64,000 nt of DNA, taken from Okamejei kenojei. Taxonomy: Eukaryota. The notes below the pieces were generated by a model. It had not been told where the DNA came from and ran no database searches. It saw only the letters and a program-made list of their open reading frames with translations. The DNA lies in contig CM069162.1 in NCBI GenBank assembly GCA_035221665.1, positions 25,544,001 through 25,608,000 on the forward strand. The letters run 5' to 3'. Of the stretch, positions 26,810-38,494 are shown one piece after another. Each line of letters opens with the position of its first letter. The stretch's first letter is position 1. The position numbers were made by a program, and so were the translations under genes.

Positions 26810-29800
26810 TGCTTGTAAAAAGTTGATAAAAGGAGACCAAATCTTTAAGAATTGGTCTACTTTGCCTAGTAGGAGGAATCTCATTTATTCAATATGTAGC
26901 GTTTCAGACATGTTTGAGATCCACATTTTGAATGTTTTTCCAAAATTTAAGTATGTTTTTTTGCTGTTATTAGACCATAATTAAGAAAAGCTTCTTGGAA
27001 TATAGTTAGTTTATTTCCCTCTTCCATTGATCCAAAGATAATCAATTCTGTATTGGGGTTCAATTTTGTGTTAAATAGTTTTGTAAAAATTCCAAAGATT
27101 TCATTCCAAAATTTATACATTTTTGTACACGAGACAAAGGAATGTACCACAGTGACATTTTGAGTTAGAGATTTGTCGTAGATGGGGGAAACATTTGAAA
27201 ATATTTTATTCAGTCTTGTTTTCGAATAATATAATCTATGTAAAATTTTAAATTGAATTAGGTTATGTCTTACATTCATTGAACATTTGTTTACATATAA
27301 TAAATTTTTATCCCATCTATCATTCGGAATTTTTATCAATAACTCTTGTTCCCAGTCTCTTCTAATTGCCTCTGTCGTTGGTGTTTCTATATTTAGAATT
27401 ATATTATATAAGTAAGATATTCAATTGCTTGATTCTGCCTTTCTATTCATTCCTTCCTCCAATAGATCTGGGGTTAAGGTTTGATATCCTTGTATATACT
27501 TTTTCAAATAATCTTGAATATGAAAGTATTTGAAATAATGATTACTTTTCAAATTATATTTTAGTTGTAGTTGTTAGAATGATAAAAAATTTCCTATTTC
27601 ATACATATCTCCCATCGTTTTAATTCCTATTCTTTCCCAATGGATAAACGGTTTATCAATAATGGATGGTTTGAATGAGGGATTATTAGCTATTGGAGAA
27701 AGGAGCGATAATTTTCTTAATTTTAAAGTTAATTTTATTTGTTTCCAAATTTGTATTATACTATGAATAATTGGACTCTTCTTGTATATTATATTGTTCA
27801 GTTTTATCGGGGAAAGAAGGATCGCTCCTATATTATAAGGGGAACAATCCTCTTTCTCCATTCTTATCCAATCTACCTGTTCGGCAGAACTGTCCAACCA
27901 GTAGATTACATTTTTAATATTCACTGCCCAATAATAATACAATAAGTTAGGGAGTGTCAGTCCCCCTGATTCTTTAGATTTACACAAGTGTTTTTTTTTT
28001 TAAATTCTGTGTGATTTATAATCCCATATGAAGTTTATAATATCAGAATCTAATTTTTTGAAGATTTTATTAGGTAAGTATATTGGTATTGATTGAAGTA
28101 GGTACAATATTTGTGGTAAGAAGATCATTTTTATCGCGTTTATTCTGCCTATTAAAGACATTGGCAGTGTCTTCCAAAATTTAATCAACCCATTTAATTT
28201 AGTTAATAAAGGCATATAGTTTGCGTTGAGTAATGACTTATATTTCCTAGTAATTTGGATACCCAAATACTTAAATTTTTCTGTTGTAATTCTAAAAGGG
28301 AATTTCAACAGATGTGTCGACTCTTGAGGTTATATCGTCATAATTTCGCTTTTGTTCCAATTTATTCTATATCCTGAAAAAGAACCAAATTCCTCTATTA
28401 AATTTAGTATATTTGGTATGCTAATTTGCGAATTTGTATACTTTCAGCTAAAGGCGCGATAACGCGCACCCCTGCCTATTGCCCCTTGCTAATTGGAATT
28501 TCGGGGATAATATATTATTAGTCAGTATTCTAGCCGTCGGCTTATCATATAATAATTTTACCCATGAAATAAAATTATCTCCCATGTTAGATTTTTGCAA
28601 TACTATGAATAAATATTGCCATTCTACTTGATCAAAAGCTTTTTCTGTATCCAATGAAATAATTGCTAGTTCTTCTTCAGTATTATGTGAGTACATTATA
28701 TTAGACAGCCGTCTCAAATTGTTAAATGAGTATCTCTTTGGTATGAACCCAGTTTGGTCCGGATTTATTAGTTTACTAATATATTTACTCAATCTTCTCG
28801 CTAATATTTTTAATATTTTTTGGTCTGTATTTAGGAGTGCAATAGCTCTATATGAGCCTGGGTCTTATAGATCTTTATCCTTTTTTGGTATAAGTGTAAT
28901 AGTTGACTCGGTTAGTGTTTCTGGTAGTTTATTTTCTTTAAAAGTGTATATATATAAATCTTGCAACCGTGGAGAAATTATCTCGTAGAATCTTTTATAG
29001 AATTAATTACTAAAGCCATCTGGTCCTGGCGTTTTGCCACTCTTCAACGAACTAATTGTTTCTTCTATTTCCTGTAGTGTAATCTGAGCTCCTAAAGCCT
29101 CTTGTTCCACCATATTTAATTTTGGAAGATTACACTTATCTAAGAAATTTGTAATTTGAGTATTATTTGCAGAGGTTTTCGATGCATATAAATTTTGATA
29201 AAATTGAGCAAATCTTTTATTAATATCTTTAGGTAGTGTTAATAATTATCCTTTGTCTGATTTAATTTTAGTAATTGTATTTTCTGTTTCCCGTTTTTTC
29301 AGTTGGCGTGCTAAGAGTTTATGAGGTTTATCACCAAATTCAAAATTTTCTTGTTTTGTAATTTGAAATAATCTTATTATTCTGGCCGATAAAATTTTAT
29401 TTAACTTATATTTTAGTATTATTATCTCATTATGTTTATCTATAGTTGTTTCTTTGGCATTTTCTAAATCTAATTGTCTAATTTCTAGTTCTAACTGCAA
29501 TTGTTCAGTATTATTCTTTTTATTTTGAAAGCTTGATATGAGATTATAGTTCCTCTAATAAATGCCTTAAAAGTTTCCCATAATAAGGAGCGTGAAATAT
29601 CTGGTGTATCATTTGTCTCAAAGAAGAATCTCATCTGTTCTTTTAAATATGTGCAACCTTGTGAATTATTTAAAATTTGGGGGTTAAACCTCCAAAACGA
29701 ATTTTTATCAGGCATTCCTTCTAATTTTAAAGAAAAGGTTAATGGGGAATGATCAGAAATAATACTATTATGATATTTAGAATTATATGTATATGGAATT

Positions 29801-30448
29801 AGTTTTGTTTCCACTAAGAAATAATCAATACATGAATATATTTGATGTACTGTTGAATAAAATGAATATTCCCTACCTACTGGGTTAGCGATCCTCCATA
29901 CATCTGTTATATTAGTATTTTTCATGTATGTATTTAGGAGTTCACTCGTTTTAGATTTTATGTTAGTCCTTTTTTGTTTTGCTGATTTATCCAGATATGG
30001 ATCTAAAACACAATTCAAATCTCCGCCTATTATCACATTTTGATGATTATTTCCAAAATTTTACTAAAGAATTGGGGGTTGTCAAAATTAGGAGCATAAA
30101 TATTTATCAAAGTAAGTGGAGTAGAATAAATTTCTACCATGACAATGACGTACCTCCCCTCTTTATCTGCTATAGTATTCTTTAATTTAAATGGTATACC
30201 TTTACGAATGATAATAGCCATGCCTCTAGATTTAGAAGTAAATGAAGTATGTTTGCCCAATCCAATTTGCCTTCAGTCTTATCTGTGTTTGATATTTCAG
30301 ATGCATCTCTTGTAAGAAAATAATATCACTGTTTAAGGCTTTTAATTGGGCAAAGATCTTACCACCTTTTAATTGGTTCATTAGCGCCCCTTATATTCCA
30401 ACTACAAAATGTGATTCCTCCAGTTTTCTTTTGTTTATCATCTTGCAT
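26810..30448 (-). pseudogene. L1 ORF2 (APE endonuclease + reverse transcriptase), disrupted
   Basis: INIYAPN, IIGGDLN, IDYFL, SDH (APE); DQTGF, SLDTEKAFD, RQGC, KYLGIQI (RT). Many frameshifts, and the YADD segment appears deleted near 28440. Confidence 0.9.
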
Positions 30449-30915
30449 TATGAATCATGTTAATACCTTTACTTCATATGGTGCAACCAAGAACCTTATG
30501 ACTCCAGGTGAAGGGTGGTCATCCCCAGCTGTTAAGTTTTGTTGGCATCGCCCCTTCAGAATAAACATTGAAAAAGACCAGAAAGTGTAGAGTCGTGAAA
30601 AGATAATTAACAAACAAAAAGTGATATTATAATATCCAAAAATAAAGATATTATAATTAAAAACAAACCACCAACAGATGGTAGAAAAATAGTAAGATTA
30701 AATGAGAACTTACCAGTTCGAAGTTTGATCTGTATTTTATGAGGAGTTACGATGAGGGATTACGTGAAGACCCCGTCCAGCACGCATGCGCGACATTTCT
30801 TCAAAGCAGCGGTGTGGATTCACAGAAAAACACAACAATTGAAATAAATATAGTAAAGAAAAAATAAGAACTTAATTACCAGTTGATCTGTATAATAGAG
30901 GGTGGGAGCGGAGGG

Positions 30916-31029
30916 CACGTAATCCCTCATCGTAACTCCTCATAAAATACAGATCAAACTTCGAACTGGTAAGTTCTCATTTAATCTTACTATTTTACTT
31001 CGGAGTCACGTGAGTGACTACGTGAAGAC
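30916..31029. repeat. DIRS internal complementary region (ICR)
   Basis: First part is the reverse complement of the left terminus (30686-30766); second part is the reverse complement of the right terminus (35492-35529). The two overlap at ATTTT (30992-30996). Confidence 0.92.
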
Positions 31030-31193
31030 TTCAAAGCTCTGTGAATCCGAACCGTGTACCAGCTCATGCTTTCACTCACTGCCTGAAGACCTTAGAGGGA
31101 GGAAGCATGTTATACAATCAACAATAACCTGTTTGTGAACAAAAAAGGTTTATTAATAACAACAAAAAAACAGAGAGCTCCCCCGGGCTTAAA

Positions 31194-32160
31194 TTAAATA
31201 TTATCTGCAGACTCTAAAATTCTGTCTGCAAATGTAGCAGGCTCCGCCAGCGGCTTATTATAAAACCTTTGGAAAGTTCTTTCCGAGGACCATCCTGCTC
31301 TGGCCAGAATATGGTCCATAGGCACATCCATTCGCCTAGCCGCCGACGTAGATGCAGCCCTGGTGGAATGAGATTTGTACACATTAGTATCGACTCCCGC
31401 GGACTTAAGCACCTGCTTGAGCCACCTTGAAATGGTTTGGCTCGTCACCTGACCATGAGGCTTCTTGTGGCTTATCCATAAGGCTTTTTCTCTCCCTCTT
31501 AAGTTATATGTTGTGTCTATGTAGTTGGCGAGATGGGTCTTGGCACACAACCCGGAACTCCATAACTGGAGGCGTGGTACCTGGTCTAGTTTGTTTGACC
31601 AGTCCCTGAATGTGAAATGTGATACAGTCCAATGACTCTGTCATGCTGTCCAGCCTCAGAAGGTGGAGGGACTGTACCCTTTGAGCTGACACTAGAGCCA
31701 TGAGCATGACTGATTTCAGTGTAAGTTGTTCCAGAGTAAGTGACCTGGGTGGTGGCCATCCCCTAAGGTACGTCAGTACTATGCTGACATCCCAGATCTG
31801 AGTGTACCTAGGCCTAGGGGAATTGGTGTTAAAAATGCCCCTCATGATTTTGACCACTAGTGGATGGGACCCCAAAGTCAGTTGTCCTGCTGCTGGAACC
31901 AAATAAGCTGACAACGCACTCCTGGCTGTATTAATGGCGCTGTAGCTGAGTCCTTCCCGATGTAATCCAACCAGAAACTCCACAACACTGGTGGCTGTAG
32001 CTGTAGTGTAGGTAGTTCCTGTTTTGGAGCAATACCGTTCCCATTTTCTTATGTTGGTCAGGTATTGTCTCCTGGTGGATTCCCGGTGGGATGCGGTCAT
32101 CATGTTGATGGCGTCCTCAGACAGTCCCAGGCCCAGTAGAGGTCTTTTTAGAATCTGCAA
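31194..32160 (-). CDS. DIRS tyrosine recombinase, frameshifted near 31545
   Basis: SAM-like N-terminal part (YSAINTARSALS). Catalytic R (AQRVQSL), HxxR (HSTR), W (AGWS) and Y (FQRFY) are present across ORFs 31504-32160 and 31194-31550. Confidence 0.9.
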
Positions 32161-34190
32161 GTCAGGAGATTGACTCTGTCATGGCACGGGTGACTAATGC
32201 CTGACACTGGGTGGATTAATAACTGTCGACTGCTGGGGAATTCCAACGGTGTTTCAACAGCCATGTCGAAAGCCACTGGGAACCATAGCTGTGTAGGCCA
32301 GTCAGGTATTATCAAGATTCCTGAAGCGGAATCCAATTGAATCTTGCGTAATACCCGACTGATGAGGCAGAAGGGAGGAAAAGCATAAAAGAACATTTTC
32401 CCCCAATGCAGCGAGAATGCATCAACTGCTGCTGCCTCAGGGTCTGGTTCCCAAGCGACATACGTTGGTACCTGGTGATTCAGCCTGGATGCAAATAGAT
32501 CGATATCTGGTGTGCCATATTGCTTTGTAATTTCAGCAAATACTTTGGGATTTAACATCCATTCGATGTTATCATTAAATCTACGTGACCTGGTGTCTGC
32601 CACTGTATTTTGCTTACCTGGTAGGTAAGTTGCTGATAACCAAATATGCCTTTTAACACACCATTGCCAGATTAGGTTGGCCAAATTGTCACACGATATC
32701 GACTTTACACCATCCATGTGATTGATATAAGCCACCACCACCGTGGTATTATCTAGTTGCAACCGGACATGTGCATGATGCGTATTAGATGAATATGCTT
32801 TTAACCCATAAAACGCACCCAACATTTCTAAATAGTTGATACCCCATGTCTGTAGGCAAGATGATTCAAATTTATTCCATCTGCCCCCTGTGCTGGATTG
32901 CATGTTAGTTGCTCCCCAGCCCAAAGCACTGGCATCCGTTTGAATGGTTAATACTGGGTTGGTGATCATTATGGGACTGGAGCTGAGTCTTACGTTCCTT
33001 GCCCACCATTGTAACTCTGGAATGGATTCAGCAGTTAAACTCATAGCTCGGTCAAAGTGACCTGAGTTTTGCTTTAGTGCATGCACTTTAGCTCTTTGCA
33101 AATTTTGATAGTGCAAAGGCCCAAATTGTACGGCTGGAAAAGCTGCTACCATTTTGTCAATAACTCTAGCTACTTCCCGTATGGTTGGCTGATGTTTATT
33201 CATGAGTTCGTTGCATGATAGCGCCAATTCTGATGCTTTCCCCTTCGGCAGAGTTACAATCATGCGAACAGTATCTATCGTAAATCCAAGATAGTCCATG
33301 GCAGTGGATGGTGTAAGATTGGATTTATCTGGATGTATGACAAACCCCAAAGTTTCAAACAAACGTTTGGTGGCTGCTACTGCCAGAATGGCTGTCTCCA
33401 AGGTTTTCCCTACTATTAAAATGTCGTCTAAATACGCCATGACTATATGCTTTTGTTTCCTCAATAATGCCAAGGCAGGTTTTAAGATTTTAGTGAACAA
33501 CCTTGGAGCAGAGGTTAGCCCATTTGCTAAGGCTTTATATTGCCATAGCTGTTTCATCCAGATAAATTTTAAATATTTTCGATGCTCCTTGTGTATGGGT
33601 ACTGAGTAGTAGGCATCTTTTAAATCAATGCTTGCTAGAAAGTACCCTCTAGAAACCAATAGTCTGGCTGTTTCAAAAGTATCCATCTTGAAATGTATAT
33701 ACCTGACAGACTTGTTCAAAGTAGTTAAGTTAATGATGATGCGTCGTCCACCATCTTTTTTGATTTTAGTGAAAATATTAGACACAAATTCCAAAGGTTC
33801 ATGTTTTGTTCTTTCAATGACACCTTTAGCTTATAACCTCATCAGTTCAGCTTGACCCTCTTGTTTCTCCTTGACTGAGAGGGTGAATACCCTTTTGGGC
33901 ATATGCTGAACTGGTGGAAAATTTTTATGGACAAAGTCAATTTTGTAGCCATGAACGCTGCTGAGTATATACTTGTCATTAGTGATGGATTCCCATGCAT
34001 CCAAAAACAAGTGCAATCTCCCCCCTGTTAGTACAGAGCCCCTACTGCACATATGCTGAGAGGAACCAGACCCACCTACCTCCATGGTTATTGGTGCTTC
34101 TTCTGCCTCTTCGCTGGGCGATGAGGCGTCTGCTGGGCTGTAGAGGGTTGATGTTGATCTCGATGTTGTTGGGGGTGGCGCATTTTCCAT
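32148..34190 (-). CDS. DIRS pol: reverse transcriptase, RNase H and Dam-like methyltransferase domain; one in-frame stop at 33831-33833
   Basis: GGRL...W, IDLKDAYY, YLDD (RT); TDAS..GWG, INYLE, DNTT (RNase H); DLFAS...DAF...YAFPPF (MT-like). ORFs 33831-34190 and 32148-33794 share a frame. Confidence 0.92.
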
Positions 34191-35330
34191 GGGGTCCGCT
34201 CTGGGCCCTGGCCTAAAAAAGGCTTACGGGGAATGGTTGCGGACCCCGAGCTTTCACCAGTCCCATAGTGTGGTCGACGACTGGTGGACGCCATGGGGTA
34301 CTGCCGCCTGGGTTTGTTGGGTCTGCTCGGTCCCAAACCTGCCCTCACGAGACCAAAGGTCTTGGATTCTTCTTCCAGGTCTTTCACCTTTTTTGGAAGG
34401 TCTTTCCCAAAGAGCAGAATAGGAGGTTCTGACCCCGGTGTTTTGCAAAGTCCCGCAAATTTAGGGTTGAGGGCAGGCTTGATAATCTCCTTTCGCAAAT
34501 TATTTATTTCATATTGAGTGGTGCACAGCAGAGCTAATGTGTCTTGCTGATTTGTGGAGATGTCCGCACCATCAATGGACCGAGCATAAGATGTTATTCC
34601 TGCAGTCAGGAGTTTAAGGATCTTCTGGAGCTTCAACTCCAGGTTTCTGATGTTCTGCTCCAAATGTCCCCAAATTTGGCTATTGACAGCAGGTACATTC
34701 AAAGATGTACAATTTACTGGGGCTGTATATAGTTGAAGAGCCTCATTGACCACCTGTTCTTGTAGGGGTTTAGAGGACAGGTGGTTAATGCTGGCTGCAA
34801 GTTTCGGCTCTAATGGCCGACCCGCTTGTGGAATGGCCACGTAGCGGTTGACCACACCCAGCAGCTCTTCCTGTTCCTGTACACCCTGCGTACTCCCGAT
34901 ATCTTCAGCCAGTGATCCCTCTTCTTGACCAGCCCAGACCTGGTCGCCAATGCTGCCTTCAAAAGAAGGTGAAGCAATGGCCAGTGCCGTAAAAGGCACT
35001 GCGGGAGTGCCTGAGCTCCCTTGGCGAGTCTGCTGCTGCTCTCTCAGCAGATCTCGCTGGAGTAATTGCTCCATAAGCCGTTCCATGCGGCTTAGGCGGC
35101 TGCCTGTGCCGCTCTTGAGCGGTGAGGCATCTTCATCCGAATCGTCGGACACTACTGCCCGGTTCTGGCTGCAGGTACCTCCAGCCCGCTGCTCAGGCAG
35201 CACTAGCGGTGCTGGGCTCGGCACGGTAGTTATACCCGCCGCCTCTTGCCCCCCCCCCCTCCAAAGAGCATTCCTCAACGGAGGACGAACGGGGGCGAGC
35301 TGCAGACTTCTTTCCTCTGGTCTTGCTCAT
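34088..35330 (-). CDS. DIRS gag-like ORF1 with a +1 frameshift in a G11 run
   Basis: ATG at 35330 (MSKTRGKKSAARPRSSSVEECSLEGGG) joins the 396-aa ORF 34088-35278 if one G is removed. Lies upstream of and overlaps pol, as in DIRS1. Confidence 0.75.
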
Positions 35331-36668
35331 TCTTTCTGGAAAACAAGCAGACCACAGAGAAAAAGATACACGGCCACGGTAAAGCTTACCTGTCGGCCCG
35401 ACTTTTCAAATTGTAGCGGGAGCGCCTTGAACTCCCGTTCGTCGCAGGTGCACTGCATGAACGCTAATGTCGCGCATGCGTGCTGGACGGGGTCTTCACG
35501 TAGTCACTCACGTGACTCCGAAGTAAAATTCTTATTGACTTCCGTAGATGTTTTTATATGTTTCGCTCTGCCCCCTTGACGAATTATTATTAATTGGAAG
35601 AGAGAGCGATACAAAGTTCAAAGTTAAAACGTACTCCAATAGCTAGATTAGAAATGCATCTTCAAAGAGGAAAAACAAAATAAAAAGTAGTTTCCAACAT
35701 TAATTATATACTTAGATATAACAGTAATTATGTTAATTATATATCCATATCTATCAATATGCCTAGATTTATTACAATTAAGTCTGAAACTTTTGTATCA
35801 GACAACAGCAGGTTCCAAGGGGTTAACCAGATTCAGACCCTTGGATAACTTCCAAGTATCTGAGTCTCCTCCCCCCCCCCCCTTTATGTGCAATCTAGAC
35901 TAAGTCTACTATATCCATAAAATGTGTTAATATGTTATTAATACTTATTAATCATATGTAACTCGTTATTCTTATTAGCAAATAATTAACATCATGAAAT
36001 AAACATCAGCTATAGTTAAGCTATGCCTTAATATTACCCAATTTTATTAATTATATTTTATGTTAGTATGTAATTATGTTTCTTAAATCATAAATTTCTA
36101 TATACAAGTCCACTGATAATATTCTATATTACACTATATTCGCAATTTATTTTCCCCGCCACAGTTTCTCTTCTTTGTCAGTCCTTTGTTGAGATGAAAC
36201 ATAAAATCCGACCTTGAATTAACATTCCAAAGTTAAAAAGACTAGACAACGCCTCGAGGAAGTTTCGCCATTTTAACAAGAGCAGTCCATTTTGTATGTT
36301 AAAAAAAAGAGACACAATCCTTTCTTTGTCGTTTCTCCCCGATGTTATTGTAGGAGACCAACTCCTAATGATCAGTAGACCTCCTTTGTGATACTTTGTG
36401 CATATTTAAATTCCTCTTCTGGATCCGTGAATGCACATTCGACATGGTTATAAGAAATTCTCAATTTAGCGGGATATACTATCCCATATCTTACTCCCGA
36501 GACCTCATTCAGTAGTCTTCTCGTGTTTGTAAACTTGTCCCTCTTTTCCATGACTTCAGCTGGAAAATCACGGAAGAATCTTAGTTTGTCTTCTCCAAAC
36601 ATCAAATTCACACCATATGGAATCTTTTTCATAATTCCTTCCAGGGTTGAAATGTCATAGAATTTCTT

Positions 36669-37140
36669 ATACCTCAGAATGCCCTAGTAACTTTGTGACC
36701 ACAGATGTTATGTTCACTGACCCATAATTCCCAGGCTTTTCCTTGCAACCCTTATTAAATAGAGGCCGAACATTTGCCACCCTCCAGTCGACCGACACCC
36801 AACTCATATTTAATCGTGAATGATATCTCAGCCCGGATATCTGCAATTTCTTCTCCAGCTTCCCACAGTGTCCTTGGATATATCTGATCAATCGCGAGTT
36901 GTCTACCTTCATGCACGTTAGGACATTCAGCACCTCGGTCATAATGCTGATTGCCCTCAAGACACTTCCATTGACTGCCCCATGTTCCCTGGTCCTCGTG
37001 TCTTTGTTCTATATCATTCATCAAATCCCCCAATCTCCAAAGTTCCCTGTAGGATTCACTCATTCTCCCCAACCTGATTTTATAGTATCTCAGACAACTC
37101 AACGCATGGAATATTCTATTCTTCAAATAATCAGCGACCG
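36669..37140 (-). mobile_element. CR1 fragment, right part of the host split by the L1 insertion
   Basis: DWRVANVRPLFNKGCKEKPGNY...TSVVTKLL continues directly into the 26457 fragment once the L1 and one TSD are removed. Confidence 0.85.
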
Positions 37141-37261
37141 TTTAACACCAGAACCAGGATCAGGAATGGTAGCTGGTTACATAGCATCAGAGGGAAAGGA
37201 AACAAGATATTCCAGAGGCGGTTCTTTGTAAGAAATTCTACTATTATTTAAAATCCAAACT

Positions 37262-37555
37262 TAATACCAGACAAGAGGACATAGCTTTAAGGTGAGATTG
37301 GCAAAGTTTAAAGGAGATGTGCAGGGCACGTGTTTTGATAGAGGGTGGTCGATGCCTGGAACATGCCGCCAGGTGGTGGTAAAGGTTGATATGTCAGCAG
37401 CATTTAGGGGGCATTTGGATAGGCACATGGATATGCAGAGAATGGAGGTATATGGATCACATGTCGGCAAAGGTGATTAGCTTAACTTGGCATCATGTTC
37501 GTCATGGAAAGTGTGGGCCAAAGGGCTTGTTCCTATGTTGTACAGTTCTATGTTC
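37262..37555 (+). mobile_element. CR1 LINE 3' end fragment
   Basis: TRGHSFKVRLAKFKGDV..., then 3' UTR tgggccaaagggcttgttcc and a (ttctatg) tail. Confidence 0.7.
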
Positions 37556-38037
37556 TCAGACATCAGGCCATGTTCTTTAACTCATACATGTCAGAATACT
37601 GTCCTCTGCATGAGCTAATGAGTCAATATGTATGCCCCTTCTGTCATTTAATTATATCAAGGCAACTTCTTTTTACTGCTCTTCACTTTACTATTTTGTC
37701 ATCTCCCTCAACCAAATTATATTGAATTTAGTTTTAAAATCTCCAGTTCCACTTCAAACTTTTGTGGAAATTAACTCCAGATTATAACTACACTGGCCCC
37801 ATGACAAAGTTCTCTTGCTGTCACCCCTGAACGTATTCTAAGATAATGGCTGTGCATTCTTGGGAAAGTCTTAACCCGCCCTTCTAAATCCGCTTATCAT
37901 TTCAACACAATCATGAAATTAGAATTCCATCTTCAAAATTCAAGGGAACAGAAGGCACGTGCATGGCACCAGCAATTATAAATCAATTATTTATGTCACA
38001 GAAATGACCCCACCCAACACCAGTAATTGTTCCATTA

Positions 38038-38412
38038 AGAGGCCCACTGGAAGAGAAGGAGGGGGAGGAGCGACATCCGACCGGTAAGCTTTAAAATCAA
38101 GCGCGGGGCTTGTTTTTTCAGAGGCCCACAGGAGCCGTTGGAAGAGAAGGAGGGGGAGGAGCAACATCCGACCGGTAAGCTTTAAAATCAAGCGCGGGGC
38201 TTGTTTTTTCAGAGGCCCACAGGAGCCGTTGGAAGAGAAGGAGGGGGAGGAGCGACACCCGACCGGTAAGCTTTAAAATCAAGCGCGGGGCTTGTTTTTA
38301 CCTAAATCCATAACGTTCCATTTGGAGAAGTGAGTTTTTTTTTGAGGAAGCAGCTGATTGGTGGGAAGTGGACTAGGGTAAGTAGCTGATTGGTGGGAAG
38401 TGGACCAGGGTA
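38038..38412 (+). repeat. CR1 5' UTR tandem repeats: nearly 3 x 91 bp, then 2 x ~30 bp
   Basis: ggaagagaagg recurs at 38049, 38140 and 38231; agctgattggtgggaagtggac(t/c)agggtaa occurs twice. Confidence 0.9.
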
Positions 38413-38494
38413 AACAGCTGAATTACAGTCAGATTTCAGCAGTTTGTAGTGATTTTATATTGTGTTGATATTGTATCCTGTGTAAGGGGGGAGT

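Larger units (their letters stand above)
30686..35529 (-). mobile_element. DIRS1-type tyrosine-recombinase retrotransposon, structurally complete
   Basis: gag, RT-RNaseH-methyltransferase-like and YR ORFs. 37-bp inverted repeats at 30761-30797 and 35466-35502; internal complementary region at 30916-31029; AAAAT core at both junctions. Confidence 0.95.
26465..36661 (-). mobile_element. L1-clade LINE, 5'-truncated within ORF1 (copy 2), interrupted by DIRS
   Basis: T-rich tail at 26465; TSD atttctt at 26458-26464 and 36662-36668. ORF1 3' part at 36372-36632 is nearly identical to copy 1. Confidence 0.92.

Noticed and set aside
31194-33794. Integrase plus Dam-like methylase read as a prophage or bacterial contamination
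   Set aside because: Domain order, ITRs and ICR are those of a eukaryotic DIRS element, cleanly nested in a vertebrate LINE.
34950-35579. 209-aa plus-strand ORF
   Set aside because: Antisense to the GC-rich DIRS gag and leader, runs across the element boundary, and has no recognisable motif.
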